Assembly: GCA_050252545.1 (NCBI GenBank)
Contig: JBFWKS010000001.1
Coordinates: 3,932-67,931 of the forward strand
Origin: Solirubrobacteraceae bacterium
GTDB taxonomy: Bacteria; Actinomycetota; Thermoleophilia; Solirubrobacterales; Solirubrobacteraceae
DNA: 64,000 bases
Reading direction: 5' to 3'
Shown here piece after piece: positions 40,093 through 50,387 of this stretch (within the stretch, counting starts at the first letter, position 1; every line of letters starts with the position of its first letter). Both the position numbers and the translations under genes were made by a program. Under the pieces are notes generated by a model, which saw nothing but the letters and a program-made list of their open reading frames with translations, was not told the DNA's origin and ran no database searches.

Positions 40093-42337
40093 CGAGCACC
40101 TCCGCCAGGGTCGCGCGGTCCAGGGCCTCGATCACCCGGAGCCGTCCGATGATCTCCTCGAGCTCGTCGAGCCATGCGCGCCGGGCGGTGCGCACCGGTT
40201 CGCGCCCCGGGTCGACGAGGTCGCGGTTGGCCGCCAGGTCGAGGGCGGCGGCGAACAGCTCGCGCGACACCGACTCGGCCCCGTGGACCTCGCCGCGGAG
40301 CACCGCCTGCTGGCCGGTGCCGAGGCACTCGGTGAGCAGGTCCTCGCGGCCGATCCCCTTCCGCGGGTCGAGGGCGACGAGCCGACGGGCGACGATGAGC
40401 TGCGCGTCGAAGAACGACCGCAGGGTGCGGTGCGCGACGAGCATCCGCTGCTGGGAGAGCAGCTCGCCCGCCCCGGCCTGGGTGCCCATCTGCTCCTGCC
40501 ACCCGGTCGCGAACCGGTCGGTCTGCTCGCGCAGCTCGCGGCGGAAGCGCGCCTTGTCGTGGAAGAAGAACTCGAACTTCAGGAGGTCGCGCAGCGCGAG
40601 AGCGTCCTCCCATGCGCGCTCCAGTCGCTCCGGACCGGGGGGCTCCGGGGACCGGGTCAGCCCGACGACGACGAGCTCCACGATCGCCCGCAGGATCAGG
40701 TGGTGCAGCGCCCCGTTGCGGTAGAACGCGGCGACGCCGTGGCCGTTCGGTGCGATCGACCAGACCGGTTCGTCGCCCCCGTCGAAGCGGGTCACCGCGT
40801 CGGCGTCGACGAGCGCGTCGAGCGCGCTGCGCAGCGCGTTGGGGTGGCGCAGGCGGTCGAGGTCGCCGCGCGCACCGCGCTCGGCCAGCAGGTCCAACAG
40901 CGGGCCGGTCAGGGCGACGATCTCGTCGAGCGTCAGCGCCCGGTCGCGCAGGCCGAGCAGGACGAACGAGACGACCGACGTGCCGCGGACCGGCGTGACC
41001 TCGTTGATGCCGGTGCAGATCCGGAACGCGACCTTCTCGAGCTGCGCGCGACCGGGTCCGGCCTCCTCGAGGGCGTCCCGCAGCGAGAACGGCTCACCGA
41101 ACTCCACCCGTGCGGTGCCGACGTTGCGGCTCTGTGCCCGCACGTAGTCCACCCACCAGCGCAGTCCCTCGCCGCGCTTGGGTGCGCCGCGCTGCTCGGC
41201 GACCATCGCCGTCACCTCGTGCAGCCGGTCGTAGAGGATCGACGTCGGCACGAGCAGCACGTCGCGGTCGCCGTCGGCGACCGCCTCGGTCAGGTAGTGG
41301 AGGAGCCCGTACCGCGGCGGACGGAGCTTGCCGGTCCGCGTCCGGCCGCCCTCGATGTACCACTCGAGGTTGAACCGCTTGGCGACGAGGTGCGAGAAGT
41401 ACGCCCGGATCGCCAGCCGGTAGAGCCGGTCCCCACCGAACTTGCGGCGGATGAAGATGACCCCCGACCGCTTGCCGAGCGGCCCCAACGGCCAGAACGA
41501 CATGTTGTCGCCGCCGAGCAGGTGGTTGCGCGGCATGTCCGCCTGGTGCAGCACCTCCGCGAGCACGAGCGGATCGACGTACGAGCGGTGGGTCGGCAGG
41601 AAGACGAGCGCGTGCTCGCGGTTGCGGGCCCGCAACCGCTCGATGTCCGCGTGGTCGACCTCGACCGTCCACGCGCGGGCGTGCATCGGCCGCACGAACG
41701 CCCGGAAGGCGTCGATCGCCAGCGGGCTCTGCACCGCGACGAGCTCGTGCAGGCCTTCGGTCGCGCCCTCGAGCGCCTCCGCGAACGGCACGTCGAGGTC
41801 GTCGGCGATCTTCGCCACATCGTCGTGGAACGATGCCGACGCCGCGATCTGCTCGGCGACGTGACGGGGCACCTTGTAGCGGTCGCCGAGGACCTGTCGC
41901 TCCGCCCGGTCGCACGCGAGCTGGGCCTGGCGAGCGACGAAGGCGGCGCGCCGCTCGGCCGATCCACCGCCCTCCTCGCTGCGGAACCGCTCGTCGAGCT
42001 CGCCGGCCGTCGCGGCCTGACCGACGGTCACTCGCAGCCGCTCGGGGCTGCGCGCCACGGCCAGGCGCTGGATCCGGTCGCGCGGACGGCGTGGGTCCAG
42101 CAGCGTGGCCAGATCACGGGTGCGCCCGGAGGACGGCAGCCACGTGACCCGCACCGGCTCGACGAGTCGGTCGGGATCGTCGAGCCGGCGTGACACGGCG
42201 GGGTCACCGATCGTTGCGACGGTCGCGCCTGGACGCTCCCGCGACGCCCACGCCTCGAGCGCCTCGCGCTCGGTCCGCGTCCGGGCATCGGCGAGGACGA
42301 GCACCGATGGTGGTGCGAGCGTGCTCGTGCCGTTCAT
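40076..42337 (-). CDS. plsB: Glycerol-3-phosphate 1-O-acyltransferase (PlsB/GPAT-DHAPAT family)
   Basis: PTHRSYVD, FIRRKF, YIEGGRTRTGKL motifs. Confidence 0.9.
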   Translation of the reverse strand: MNGTSTLAPPSVLVLADARTRTEREALEAWASRERPGATVATIGDPAVSRRLDDPDRLVEPVRVTWLPSSGRTRDLATLLDPRRPRDRIQRLAVARSPERLRVTVGQAATAGELDERFRSEEGGGSAERRAAFVARQAQLACDRAERQVLGDRYKVPRHVAEQIAASASFHDDVAKIADDLDVPFAEALEGATEGLHELVAVQSPLAIDAFRAFVRPMHARAWTVEVDHADIERLRARNREHALVFLPTHRSYVDPLVLAEVLHQADMPRNHLLGGDNMSFWPLGPLGKRSGVIFIRRKFGGDRLYRLAIRAYFSHLVAKRFNLEWYIEGGRTRTGKLRPPRYGLLHYLTEAVADGDRDVLLVPTSILYDRLHEVTAMVAEQRGAPKRGEGLRWWVDYVRAQSRNVGTARVEFGEPFSLRDALEEAGPGRAQLEKVAFRICTGINEVTPVRGTSVVSFVLLGLRDRALTLDEIVALTGPLLDLLAERGARGDLDRLRHPNALRSALDALVDADAVTRFDGGDEPVWSIAPNGHGVAAFYRNGALHHLILRAIVELVVVGLTRSPEPPGPERLERAWEDALALRDLLKFEFFFHDKARFRRELREQTDRFATGWQEQMGTQAGAGELLSQQRMLVAHRTLRSFFDAQLIVARRLVALDPRKGIGREDLLTECLGTGQQAVLRGEVHGAESVSRELFAAALDLAANRDLVDPGREPVRTARRAWLDELEEIIGRLRVIEALDRATLAEVLDGDDA

Positions 42338-42390
42338 GCCAGATCCCTGCTCACCATCACGCGTTGTGGACACCATGACGCCTCGCCCGT

Positions 42391-42420
42391 GCCCCGACGG
42401 GCAGGAGAACCCGTCGGGGC
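42391..42420. terminator. Perfect 11-bp stem hairpin (terminator or operator) between P450 and plsB
   Basis: GCCCCGACGGG-CAGGAGAA-CCCGTCGGGGC; no U-tract. Confidence 0.4.
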
Positions 42421-42427
42421 GACGGAT

Positions 42428-42443
42428 CTCTCCCGGACGGGTG
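42428..42443. promoter_or_regulatory. Candidate regulator site upstream of plsB operon
   Basis: Reverse strand TCACCCG-TC-CGGGAGA; 17 bp (42424-42440) are the exact reverse complement of 51717-51733. Confidence 0.55.
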
Positions 42444-42549
42444 ACCGGGCCGACCCCCCCGTGTGGGGTGGGACGGACCGGCGCGGTGGCGCGCCGGGGT
42501 CACGGTGCGGTCACCCGGACCTTCCGTCCGCCGGGGTCGGCGCGTCCGG

Positions 42550-43869
42550 TCAGTGCGGGACGGGGCAGGTCGCGGTGGCGTCGGCAACGGTCCCGGTGGC
42601 CGGCGTCCCGCTGCCGGAGGTCACCGGCGTCCAACGGACCTGCAGCCGGTGGATCCCGTTGATGAAGTTGTTCTCCTGGTACTCCGGCTCGTCGGCGGTG
42701 AGGTCGGGCATCGTGCCGTAGACCTCGCGCAGCAGCGACTTGAGCGTCGTGCGGGCCAGCGCGTTGCCGAGGCAGTAGTGCGGGCCGCCGCCACCGAACG
42801 CGACGTGGCGGTTGGGGTCGCGGAGGATGTCGAACTCGTCGGCGTTGTCGTAGATCTCCTCGTCGCGGTTGCCCGAGCAATACCAGAGCACGACCTTGTC
42901 GCCCTGCTTGATCTGGGCGTCGCGAACCTGCACGTCCTGCGTGGCGGTGCGGCGCATGTGCAGCAGCGGCGACGCCACGCGGAGGATCTCCTCGACCGCC
43001 CCGTCGATCCGGCCGTCCATGTCCTCCAGCAGCAGCGCGAGCTGGTCGGGGTTCTGCGAGAACAGCCGGATCGCGTGCGCGGAGGAGTGACGCGTGGTGT
43101 CGTTGGCGGCGACGGCGAGCAGGACGAAGAACGCGGAAATCTCGTCCTCGGTCATGTGCTGGCCCTCCCACTCGGCGTCGAGCATCCAGCTGACGAGGTC
43201 CTCTCCGCGGTTCTCGCGCCGCTCCTCGGCGAGCTCCTGCACGACGGAGTGCAGGTCGATGACGCAGTCGGCGAACAGCTCCAGCCCGCTCTGCTCTCCA
43301 CAGACCTCCGGGTCGCCCCAGGCGAGCAGGCGCTGCGCGGCGCTGATGGTCTTCTCGTACAGACGGTCGGGGACGCCGAAGAAGCTCGCGAAGATCCGTC
43401 CGGGCAGGTGCATCGACACCAGGTCGACGAAGTCGCCCTCGCCCTTGGGCGCCATCTCCTGGACGAGGTCGCGGGCGTGCCCACGGACCCAGCCGTCGAG
43501 TCGGCGCATGTTCCTGGGCTTGAACGCGTCGAGGGTGATGCCCCGCAGCTGCGTGTGGCGCGGCGCGTCCATGGCGATGAACGACTGCGCCGCCTCGGTC
43601 ATCAACGGGTCGAAGGTCTCCATGGTGATCCCCTCGGCGCTGGAGAAGATCTGCGGGTTGCGGCTGGCGTAGCGGATGTCCTCGTACTTCGTCAGCGACC
43701 AGAACCCCTGGGTGTTGAGCTCGGGCGGCAGCAGGTCGGACTCCGGCGCACGGCTCCACGGCACCGGGTTCTCGCGGCGCAGGACAGCGAACGCGGCGTC
43801 GCGCTCATCCGGGTGCTTGGCCCAGAACGACTTGGCTGCGAGATCGATCTCATCGAGGGTGGTGCTCAT
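42550..43869 (-). CDS. Cytochrome P450 (CYP124/125/142/268-like clan), paralogue 1
   Basis: I-helix AVAANDTT, EEILR, heme motif FGGGGPHYCLG. Confidence 0.95.
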   Translation of the reverse strand: MSTTLDEIDLAAKSFWAKHPDERDAAFAVLRRENPVPWSRAPESDLLPPELNTQGFWSLTKYEDIRYASRNPQIFSSAEGITMETFDPLMTEAAQSFIAMDAPRHTQLRGITLDAFKPRNMRRLDGWVRGHARDLVQEMAPKGEGDFVDLVSMHLPGRIFASFFGVPDRLYEKTISAAQRLLAWGDPEVCGEQSGLELFADCVIDLHSVVQELAEERRENRGEDLVSWMLDAEWEGQHMTEDEISAFFVLLAVAANDTTRHSSAHAIRLFSQNPDQLALLLEDMDGRIDGAVEEILRVASPLLHMRRTATQDVQVRDAQIKQGDKVVLWYCSGNRDEEIYDNADEFDILRDPNRHVAFGGGGPHYCLGNALARTTLKSLLREVYGTMPDLTADEPEYQENNFINGIHRLQVRWTPVTSGSGTPATGTVADATATCPVPH

Positions 43870-44128
43870 GCTGCTCTCCTCCGTCGGGGTGTCACCCAGT
43901 TCATCCCAGAGCGACCGGGGGTCCGGCGACGGAGGAACCCCGAACCGCCCGGGGCCCGCTGGGCGAAATCCCGAAACGGCGCGGGAGGCCTGCACGGCGC
44001 GGACGCACCGGCGGCGCGGTCCGTCTCGTGCGCGACGGCGCGGAGCGCACCGTGCCGGACGGCGTGGGATGCAGCGTCCACCGGGACGATCCACCGCCGT
44101 CGGGCCGCCGGGGGCGTAGTATCGAGCG

Positions 44129-45361
44129 ATGGGAGAGGTTGTGGGGAACGAGGTGGAGGAGACGTGGTGCAGCGGTGGCCGCGTGATCGCGGACCCGCGG
44201 CTCGCCGATGACTTGCGGTCGCTGTTGGACGCGGCCCGGTCGAGTGGCCTGGACGATGTGGATCCGCGCCCCCGCGATGTGGAGCAGGCGCGGGCGGCGC
44301 TGGCCCGCGTCATCGACCGGGCGACCGAGCGCCTGGTGACCGCCGAGCGCGTCGACGCGGCGACGCGTCGGGCCGCGGGGGACGTGCTCCTCGGCGGTCG
44401 CGAGCTGGACGAGCGGCTCCTGGCGCAGGTCGATCACGACCGCGAGGCGTCGTTCGGTGCGGTGCGTGACGCGCTCGGGGTGCTGCGCGAGGTGACGACC
44501 GGCGACCAGATGGTCGAGCGCGCCCCGACGGCGATCTCCCGCCTGGGGTTCGACCGGGCGATCGTGTCAGCGGTCGAGGACGCGTGCTTCATTCCCCGTG
44601 GCTGCTTCATCTCGGGTGACGACGCGTGGGCGGCCGAGGTCGTTCGCGCCGGACAGGCCGCGCGGCGGCGTCTGGACCGGACGTTGGCCGAGACCGAGAT
44701 CGTCCGGCGCCGCACCGCGATCCGCGTGCTGGACGTCCAGGCCGATCCGAACGTGCACCGCGAGATCGCCGACGTGTCGCAGTCGCGCAGCTACGTCGCC
44801 GCGCCGATCATCGCCGGCGGGCACGTCGTGGGGTTCCTCCACGCCGACTACTTCCACCAGCGCCGGACCGTCAGCGAGCTCGACCGTGACGTGCTCTGGA
44901 TGTTCGCCGAGGCGTACGGCCAGGCGTTCGAGCGAGCGGTCCTCGTGTCGCGGATGGACGGGCTGCGCCGCGCGGTCCGCGCGGCCGCGTCGACCGCCGA
45001 GGATGCGTTCACCTGGGCGTTCGCCGAGCCGCCGAGCCTCAAGAGCGACCTCGGCGGCCGGGCGATCCCGGGCGCCATGGGCGAGGCACCCGTCCACGAC
45101 ATCCCGACGGGCACTACCGGCGTCAGCTCCCTGAGCCTCGATCAGCAGGCCGACGACGTGCTCACCCGGCGCGAGCTCGAGGTGCTGCGGCTGATGGCCG
45201 CCGGAATGACGAACGGTGCGATCGCCGACCGCCTCGTGATCTCGCACGGCACGGTCAAGACGCACGTCAAGCACATCCTGCGCAAGCTCCGGGCGGCCAA
45301 CCGCGCCGAGGCGGTCTCGCGCTACCTGCAGATCGAGCACCGGCGCTCGCGGCTCAACTGA
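44129..45361 (+). CDS. GAF-LuxR transcriptional regulator (paralogue 2)
   Basis: Same architecture as 33596-34879; TAGTAT + 6 nt + ATG leaderless-type start; divergent from P450. Confidence 0.88.
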   Translation: MGEVVGNEVEETWCSGGRVIADPRLADDLRSLLDAARSSGLDDVDPRPRDVEQARAALARVIDRATERLVTAERVDAATRRAAGDVLLGGRELDERLLAQVDHDREASFGAVRDALGVLREVTTGDQMVERAPTAISRLGFDRAIVSAVEDACFIPRGCFISGDDAWAAEVVRAGQAARRRLDRTLAETEIVRRRTAIRVLDVQADPNVHREIADVSQSRSYVAAPIIAGGHVVGFLHADYFHQRRTVSELDRDVLWMFAEAYGQAFERAVLVSRMDGLRRAVRAAASTAEDAFTWAFAEPPSLKSDLGGRAIPGAMGEAPVHDIPTGTTGVSSLSLDQQADDVLTRRELEVLRLMAAGMTNGAIADRLVISHGTVKTHVKHILRKLRAANRAEAVSRYLQIEHRRSRLN

Positions 45362-45389
45362 GCGCGAGCGGCCGGTACGGAGCGCACGC

Positions 45390-45791
45390 TCAGACGGCGG
45401 CGCCGTCCTTCTCCGCGACCATCTCGCGGTACATCGGGAAGAGCGGCTTGGTCAGCGGCACGAGCTTGAGGATCTTGGCGACCGGGCCCTTCGCCTTGAC
45501 CTGGCCCTTGGCCAGACCGACGGCGAGGTTGTACTCGCCGCGCCAGAACTTGTCGCCGATGTCCGACGGCATGTAGAGCTTGACGTCGGCGTCCTCGTTC
45601 TCGGTGTCGTCGAGCACCTCGAGCTTGGGCTCGTGCATCTTGATCAGGACCTTCGCGTCCGGATCGCTGTAGTAGACCTGCAGGTCGATGTCGGCGGCGG
45701 CGAGCTTGGCGCCCTCCGGCGTGTCGGCGGCCTTGCGGAACACGCCACCGAGGTACTGCTCGACCTCTTCGCGGTCCTTGAAGTAGGGCAT
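45390..45791 (-). CDS. SCP2 sterol-carrier domain protein
   Basis: KFWRGEYNLAVGLAKGQVKAKGPVAKILKLVP. Confidence 0.85.
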   Translation of the reverse strand: MPYFKDREEVEQYLGGVFRKAADTPEGAKLAAADIDLQVYYSDPDAKVLIKMHEPKLEVLDDTENEDADVKLYMPSDIGDKFWRGEYNLAVGLAKGQVKAKGPVAKILKLVPLTKPLFPMYREMVAEKDGAAV

Positions 45792-46045
45792 CGTCGCTCC
45801 CGTCGTCGGTGATTCACGGCGTGGTGATCACGCCTACGACGAACGTATCCCCGCCCGACCGGTTCGCGCGATCGTCTCGTCGGGGGATGTTCCTCCTCCC
45901 TTCTGCGCGGCGGCGGATGATCGCGCGGGCACAACGGGGAACACGGCGTCATCCGGGGTATCAAGCTCTCCCGATCGACGCATGGGCCGGTCCGGCACGC
46001 GCGGTTAGCGTCGGGCTGCAGCTGTCACAGACCCCGGGAGGACCC

Positions 46046-47146
46046 ATGCAAGCCACCGCCGCCGTGTTGCGCGAAGTCGACAAGCCGATGGTCGTCGAGA
46101 CCGTCCAGATCGACGAGCCCCAGGAGGACGAGGTCCTCGTCGCGATCAAGGGCGTCGGGATCTGCCACACCGACATGACGGTGATGGACGGCACGCTGCC
46201 GATCCCGCTGCCGACGGTGCTCGGGCACGAGGGCGCCGGCATCGTCGAGAAGGTCGGCTCCGCGGTGACGAACGTCGCCCCCGGCGACCACGTCGTCCTG
46301 AGCTTCGGGCACTGTCGCGAGTGCGAGGTCTGCGAGTCCGGCCGGCCCGCGTACTGCGAGCTGTTCGCGCCGCTGAACTACTTCGGCACCCGCCTCGACG
46401 GCACCGTCACGCTGCACAACGGCGACGAGGACGTCCACGGCAACTGGTTCCAGCAGTCGTCGTTCGCCAGCCACGCGATCGCGAAGGCGACCAACACGGT
46501 CAAGGTCACCAGCGACGTGCCGATCGAGCTGCTCGGCCCGCTCGGCTGCGGCATCCAGACCGGCGCCGGCACCGTGCTCAAGGTCCTCCAGCCGAAGGCC
46601 GGTCAGAGCATCGCGATCTTCGGCCTCGGCGGGGTCGGCCTGGCGGCGCTCATGGCCGCGAAGGCCGTCGGGTGCGACCCGATCGTCGCGATCGACACCA
46701 ACGCCGAGCGGCTCGATCTGGCGATGGAGCTCGGCGCCACGCACCGGTTCAACCCGAAGGAGCACCACGACCTGCTGTGGGACGTCCAGCAGGTCACGGC
46801 GTCGGGGGTGGACTTCTCGTTCGAGACCGTCGGGACCGGCGAGATCGTCCGCCAGGCGCTCGAGGTGCTCCGCTCGCCCGGGCACGCCGCGAGCGTCGGG
46901 TTCCGCGGCCTGGAGAACCTGATCACGATCGACCAGGGCCACCTGATGCTCGGTCGCCGGCTGTCGGGCGTCATCGAGGGCGATGCCGACCCGCAGACCT
47001 TCATCCCCGAGATGATCGACCTGTACCGCGAGGGCCGGTTCCCGTTCGACCGGCTGATCGAGAAGTTCACGCTCGACCAGATCAACGAGGCCGTCGAGGC
47101 GTCCGCGTCGGGCCGCGTCATCAAGCCGGTCGTCGTCTTCGACTGA
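46046..47146 (+). CDS. Zn-dependent alcohol dehydrogenase (aryl-alcohol/geraniol dehydrogenase-like)
   Basis: GICHTD, GHEGAG, CRECEVC...YC structural Zn, LGPLGCGIQTGAG, GLGGVG. Confidence 0.92.
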   Translation: MQATAAVLREVDKPMVVETVQIDEPQEDEVLVAIKGVGICHTDMTVMDGTLPIPLPTVLGHEGAGIVEKVGSAVTNVAPGDHVVLSFGHCRECEVCESGRPAYCELFAPLNYFGTRLDGTVTLHNGDEDVHGNWFQQSSFASHAIAKATNTVKVTSDVPIELLGPLGCGIQTGAGTVLKVLQPKAGQSIAIFGLGGVGLAALMAAKAVGCDPIVAIDTNAERLDLAMELGATHRFNPKEHHDLLWDVQQVTASGVDFSFETVGTGEIVRQALEVLRSPGHAASVGFRGLENLITIDQGHLMLGRRLSGVIEGDADPQTFIPEMIDLYREGRFPFDRLIEKFTLDQINEAVEASASGRVIKPVVVFD

Positions 47147-47156
47147 TCCCGGGAGC

Positions 47157-48392
47157 TCAGCCGGTCAGCTCGCGTCCGATCAGGGCGCGGGCGATGACCC
47201 ACTGCAGCACCTCGTTGGCGCCCTCGAAGATCTCCAGGATCTTGGCGTCGCGGTAGATCTCCTCCAGCCGGTAGGTCTCGCCGGTGGCGCCCATCTGCCG
47301 CGCGAACCCGTAGCCGCCGTGGACCTGCAGCGCGTCGCGGGCGACGTCGTTGGCGAGCTTCGTGGCGAACGACTTGGCCATCGACGCCTCCGGCTCGCCG
47401 GACCGGTCCCCGCGATCCAGCCGCACCGCGGCCTTCTGGTACATCGACCGCGCCGCCTCCAGGTGGGTGGCGTGCTCGGCCAGGCGGTACTGCCAGTGCT
47501 GCATCTCGCCGAGCTTGCGCCCGAACAGCTCACGGGTGTGCAACCGCTGGACGGCCAGATCGAGCGCCGCCTGTGCGACCCCGACCCCGGCGGCGCCGAT
47601 CCCGACCCGGCCGGCGGCCAGCGACGCCAGCGCGGCACCCAGGCCCCGGCCCGGCTCGCCGAGGACGTGGTCCTCGGGCACGAAGACGTCCTCCAGCACG
47701 ATGTCGGCGGTGATCTGGCCGCGGTGGCCCATCTTGAGATCGGGCTCCTCGACCCGCACCCCGTCGGCGTGCATGTCCACCAGCAGGAACGTCAGCGCCG
47801 GCCGGTCGCCGTCGCGGCAGAGCATGCAGCACCAGTCGGCCACGACGCTGTTGGTGATCCACCGCTTGCGCCCGCTGACGCGGAAGCCACCGTCGACCGG
47901 CTCGGCGACGGTCTTCAGCGCGGTCGGCGTCAGGTCGGAGCTGGCGTCCGGCTCGGTCGTGGCGAACGCGAACGCCGACTCGCCGCTGATCAACGGGGGC
48001 AGCAGCCGGTCCTGCACGTGCGGGCGGGCGAAGCTCAACGCCCGGGCGTTGAGGATGCACTGCCCGTCGTAGACGCCGGCCATCGACGAGGACTCGTAGG
48101 CGATCTCCTCGGTCACCAGGCAGGTCGCGAGGATCGGGTGCTCGAGCCCTGCGCCGTGCGGGGCGGGGAACGGCACCGCGAAGCACCCCTCCGCCGCCAG
48201 GCCGCGGAACGCCTCCCACGGGAACGAGTCGCGGGACTCCTCGCGCTGGGCGATGTCGCGGGCGACCGGGGCCAGGTGCCGCTCGACCGCGCTCCGTGCC
48301 ATCGACCGGACGTGCTCGACGTCGGGCGGCAGGAACACGTCGTGCCAGGTGCGGTCCTGGGTGCGGGGCGGGTTCGCGGTCGCGTCGCTCAT
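47157..48392 (-). CDS. Acyl-CoA dehydrogenase
   Basis: FATTEPDASSD, GRKRWITN, KMG, EIFEGANEV. Confidence 0.9.
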   Translation of the reverse strand: MSDATANPPRTQDRTWHDVFLPPDVEHVRSMARSAVERHLAPVARDIAQREESRDSFPWEAFRGLAAEGCFAVPFPAPHGAGLEHPILATCLVTEEIAYESSSMAGVYDGQCILNARALSFARPHVQDRLLPPLISGESAFAFATTEPDASSDLTPTALKTVAEPVDGGFRVSGRKRWITNSVVADWCCMLCRDGDRPALTFLLVDMHADGVRVEEPDLKMGHRGQITADIVLEDVFVPEDHVLGEPGRGLGAALASLAAGRVGIGAAGVGVAQAALDLAVQRLHTRELFGRKLGEMQHWQYRLAEHATHLEAARSMYQKAAVRLDRGDRSGEPEASMAKSFATKLANDVARDALQVHGGYGFARQMGATGETYRLEEIYRDAKILEIFEGANEVLQWVIARALIGRELTG

Positions 48393-48513
48393 CCCCCGAT
48401 CCTGACCGGTCGACCTCGCTTCCGCGATCGGCCGTGCGGGAGAGCTTCGCCGTCCGCGCGGGTGACGTGCCGAACGCCCCGCTCACGGCGGGGCCTCGCG
48501 GTGGCGCGGGCGA

Positions 48514-48529
48514 TCGTCCGTCGGGGGGA
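48514..48529. promoter_or_regulatory. Candidate regulator site between acyl-CoA dehydrogenase and acyl-CoA ligase
   Basis: A-TCGTCCG-TC-GGGGGGA-G, 16/18 identical to 51712-51729. Confidence 0.55.
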
Positions 48530-48616
48530 GCGGAACCTCCCGGCGGGCCGATGGCGGTGCCGTACCCCGGTGCGCGAGACTGGGTCGCCCCCATCGCCGA
48601 CGACGGAGATCGCTTC

Positions 48617-50164
48617 ATGCACCCTGGTGCCCACCCTGCCGACCACACCGCCATCGTCATGGCCGACTCCGGGGAGACGGTGACCTACGGCGAGCTCGAC
48701 GCATCCGCCAACCGGATCTCGCGGGTCATGCGCTCCCTCGGCCTCGGCGTCGGCGACCACATGGCGCTCTGCATCGAGAACCGTCGGGAGATCTTCGACG
48801 TCCTCTGGGGCGCCCACGACGCCGGCCTGCTGTACACGGCGCTGTCGACGCGTCTCGGCGCCGACGAGATGGCCTACATCGTCCAGGACTGCGGCGCCCG
48901 CGTGTTCGTGCTGTCGGCCCGCTACGCCGACCTGGCCGACGAGGTCCGTGCCGCCACCCCCGGCGTCGAGCACCACCTGAGCCTCGGTGGCGAGATCCCC
49001 GGGTGGACGGCGCTGGAGGACCTGATGGCCGAGCAGTCCGACCAGCCGCTCGACGAGCAGCGGATCGGCGGCAAGGACATGCTCTACTCGTCGGGCACCA
49101 CCGGGCGTCCCAAGGGCATCCGGCCCAAGGAGCTCGAGGCACCGCTCGACGCCTCCCCGATCATCGTCACGCCGATCCTCGGCGGCAAGCTCGGTGTCGG
49201 TCCCGGGTCGGTGTACCTCACCCCGGCGCCGATGTACCACGCGGCCCCGCTGCGGTTCTCGATGGCGATCCACCAGCTCGGCGGCACCGTCGTGCTGATG
49301 GAGCGGTTCACCCCCGAGCGCGCGCTCGAGCTCATCGCCGGCCACGGCGTCACCCACACGCAGATGGTGCCGACGATGTTCGTGCGGATGCTGCGCCTGC
49401 CCGCTTCGGCGCGCGACGCCGCCGACGTGTCGTCGTTGAAGGTCGTCATCCACGCCGGGGCACCCTGCCCGCGCGAGGTCAAGCAGCAGATGATCGACTG
49501 GTGGGGCCCGATCATCCACGAGTACTACGCGTCGACCGAGGGCGCCGGCCTGACCTGGGTGACGAGCGAGGAGTGGGTCTCGCACCCCGGCACGGTCGGG
49601 CGCGCGGCGATCGGCACCCCGCGGATCCTCGCCGAGGAGGAGGACGTGGAGCTGCCCGTCGGGCAGACCGGCCGGGTGTTCTTCTCGGACGGCCCGCAGT
49701 TCGAGTACCACAACGATCCCGACAAGACCCGTGGCGCGCACAGCAGCCAGGGCTGGTCGACGGCCGGTGACATCGGCCACCTGGACGAGGAGGGGTTCCT
49801 GTACCTCACCGACCGGGCGTCGTTCATGATCATCAGCGGCGGGGTCAACATCTACCCGCAGGAGTCCGAGAACGTCCTGGCGTCCCACCCCAAGGTCATG
49901 GACGCGGCCGTGTTCGGGATCCCCGACGAGGACTTCGGGGAGTCGGTCAAGGCGGTGATCCAGCCGATGGAGATGCCCGCCGACGACGCGGCCGCCGCGG
50001 CGCTGGAGGCCGAGTTGATCGCCCACTGCCGCGCGCAGCTGGCGGACCTCAAGTGCCCCCGCAGCATCGACTTCCGTGCGGAGCTGCCCCGGCACGAGAC
50101 CGGCAAGCTCTACAAGCGCCTGCTGCGCGACGAGTACCGCGAGCGGGCCGCCGCCGGCGCGTAG
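48617..50164 (+). CDS. Acyl-CoA synthetase (AMP-forming)
   Basis: YSSGTTGRPKG, YASTEG, GDIG, IISGGVNIYPQE, ETGKLYKR; start uncertain. Confidence 0.92.
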   Translation: MHPGAHPADHTAIVMADSGETVTYGELDASANRISRVMRSLGLGVGDHMALCIENRREIFDVLWGAHDAGLLYTALSTRLGADEMAYIVQDCGARVFVLSARYADLADEVRAATPGVEHHLSLGGEIPGWTALEDLMAEQSDQPLDEQRIGGKDMLYSSGTTGRPKGIRPKELEAPLDASPIIVTPILGGKLGVGPGSVYLTPAPMYHAAPLRFSMAIHQLGGTVVLMERFTPERALELIAGHGVTHTQMVPTMFVRMLRLPASARDAADVSSLKVVIHAGAPCPREVKQQMIDWWGPIIHEYYASTEGAGLTWVTSEEWVSHPGTVGRAAIGTPRILAEEEDVELPVGQTGRVFFSDGPQFEYHNDPDKTRGAHSSQGWSTAGDIGHLDEEGFLYLTDRASFMIISGGVNIYPQESENVLASHPKVMDAAVFGIPDEDFGESVKAVIQPMEMPADDAAAAALEAELIAHCRAQLADLKCPRSIDFRAELPRHETGKLYKRLLRDEYRERAAAGA

Positions 50165-50217
50165 GACCGACCGGGCCGCCTCGCCGACCGGCGCGGCGGT
50201 CCGGGAGGACGTCGGGG

Positions 50218-50343
50218 GCGGGAGTGTTGCAACACCGGCGTTCCACGTCCGCAACGCAGCACACCCCGCCACCGGCCACCTACCGACTCGGGGGTGCGCT
50301 GCAGAACCGGCGCCCACGGTCCGCAACGCAGCACACCCCCGAG
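50218..50343. repeat. Two tandem REP/MITE-like palindromic units
   Basis: Units 50218-50269 and 50287-50343 share exact GTCCGCAACGCAGCACACCCC (50247-50267, 50319-50339); unit 2 has 15/16-bp terminal inverted repeats. Confidence 0.75.
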
Positions 50344-50387
50344 CCCGCACGGCTCCGCCCGCCGGGCGCAGGCCCGGCGGCGCGCGG

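Noticed and set aside
50218-50343. Possible CRISPR mini-array or tRNA/ncRNA
   Set aside because: Only two units, no cas genes, no cloverleaf or T-loop; treated as REP-like
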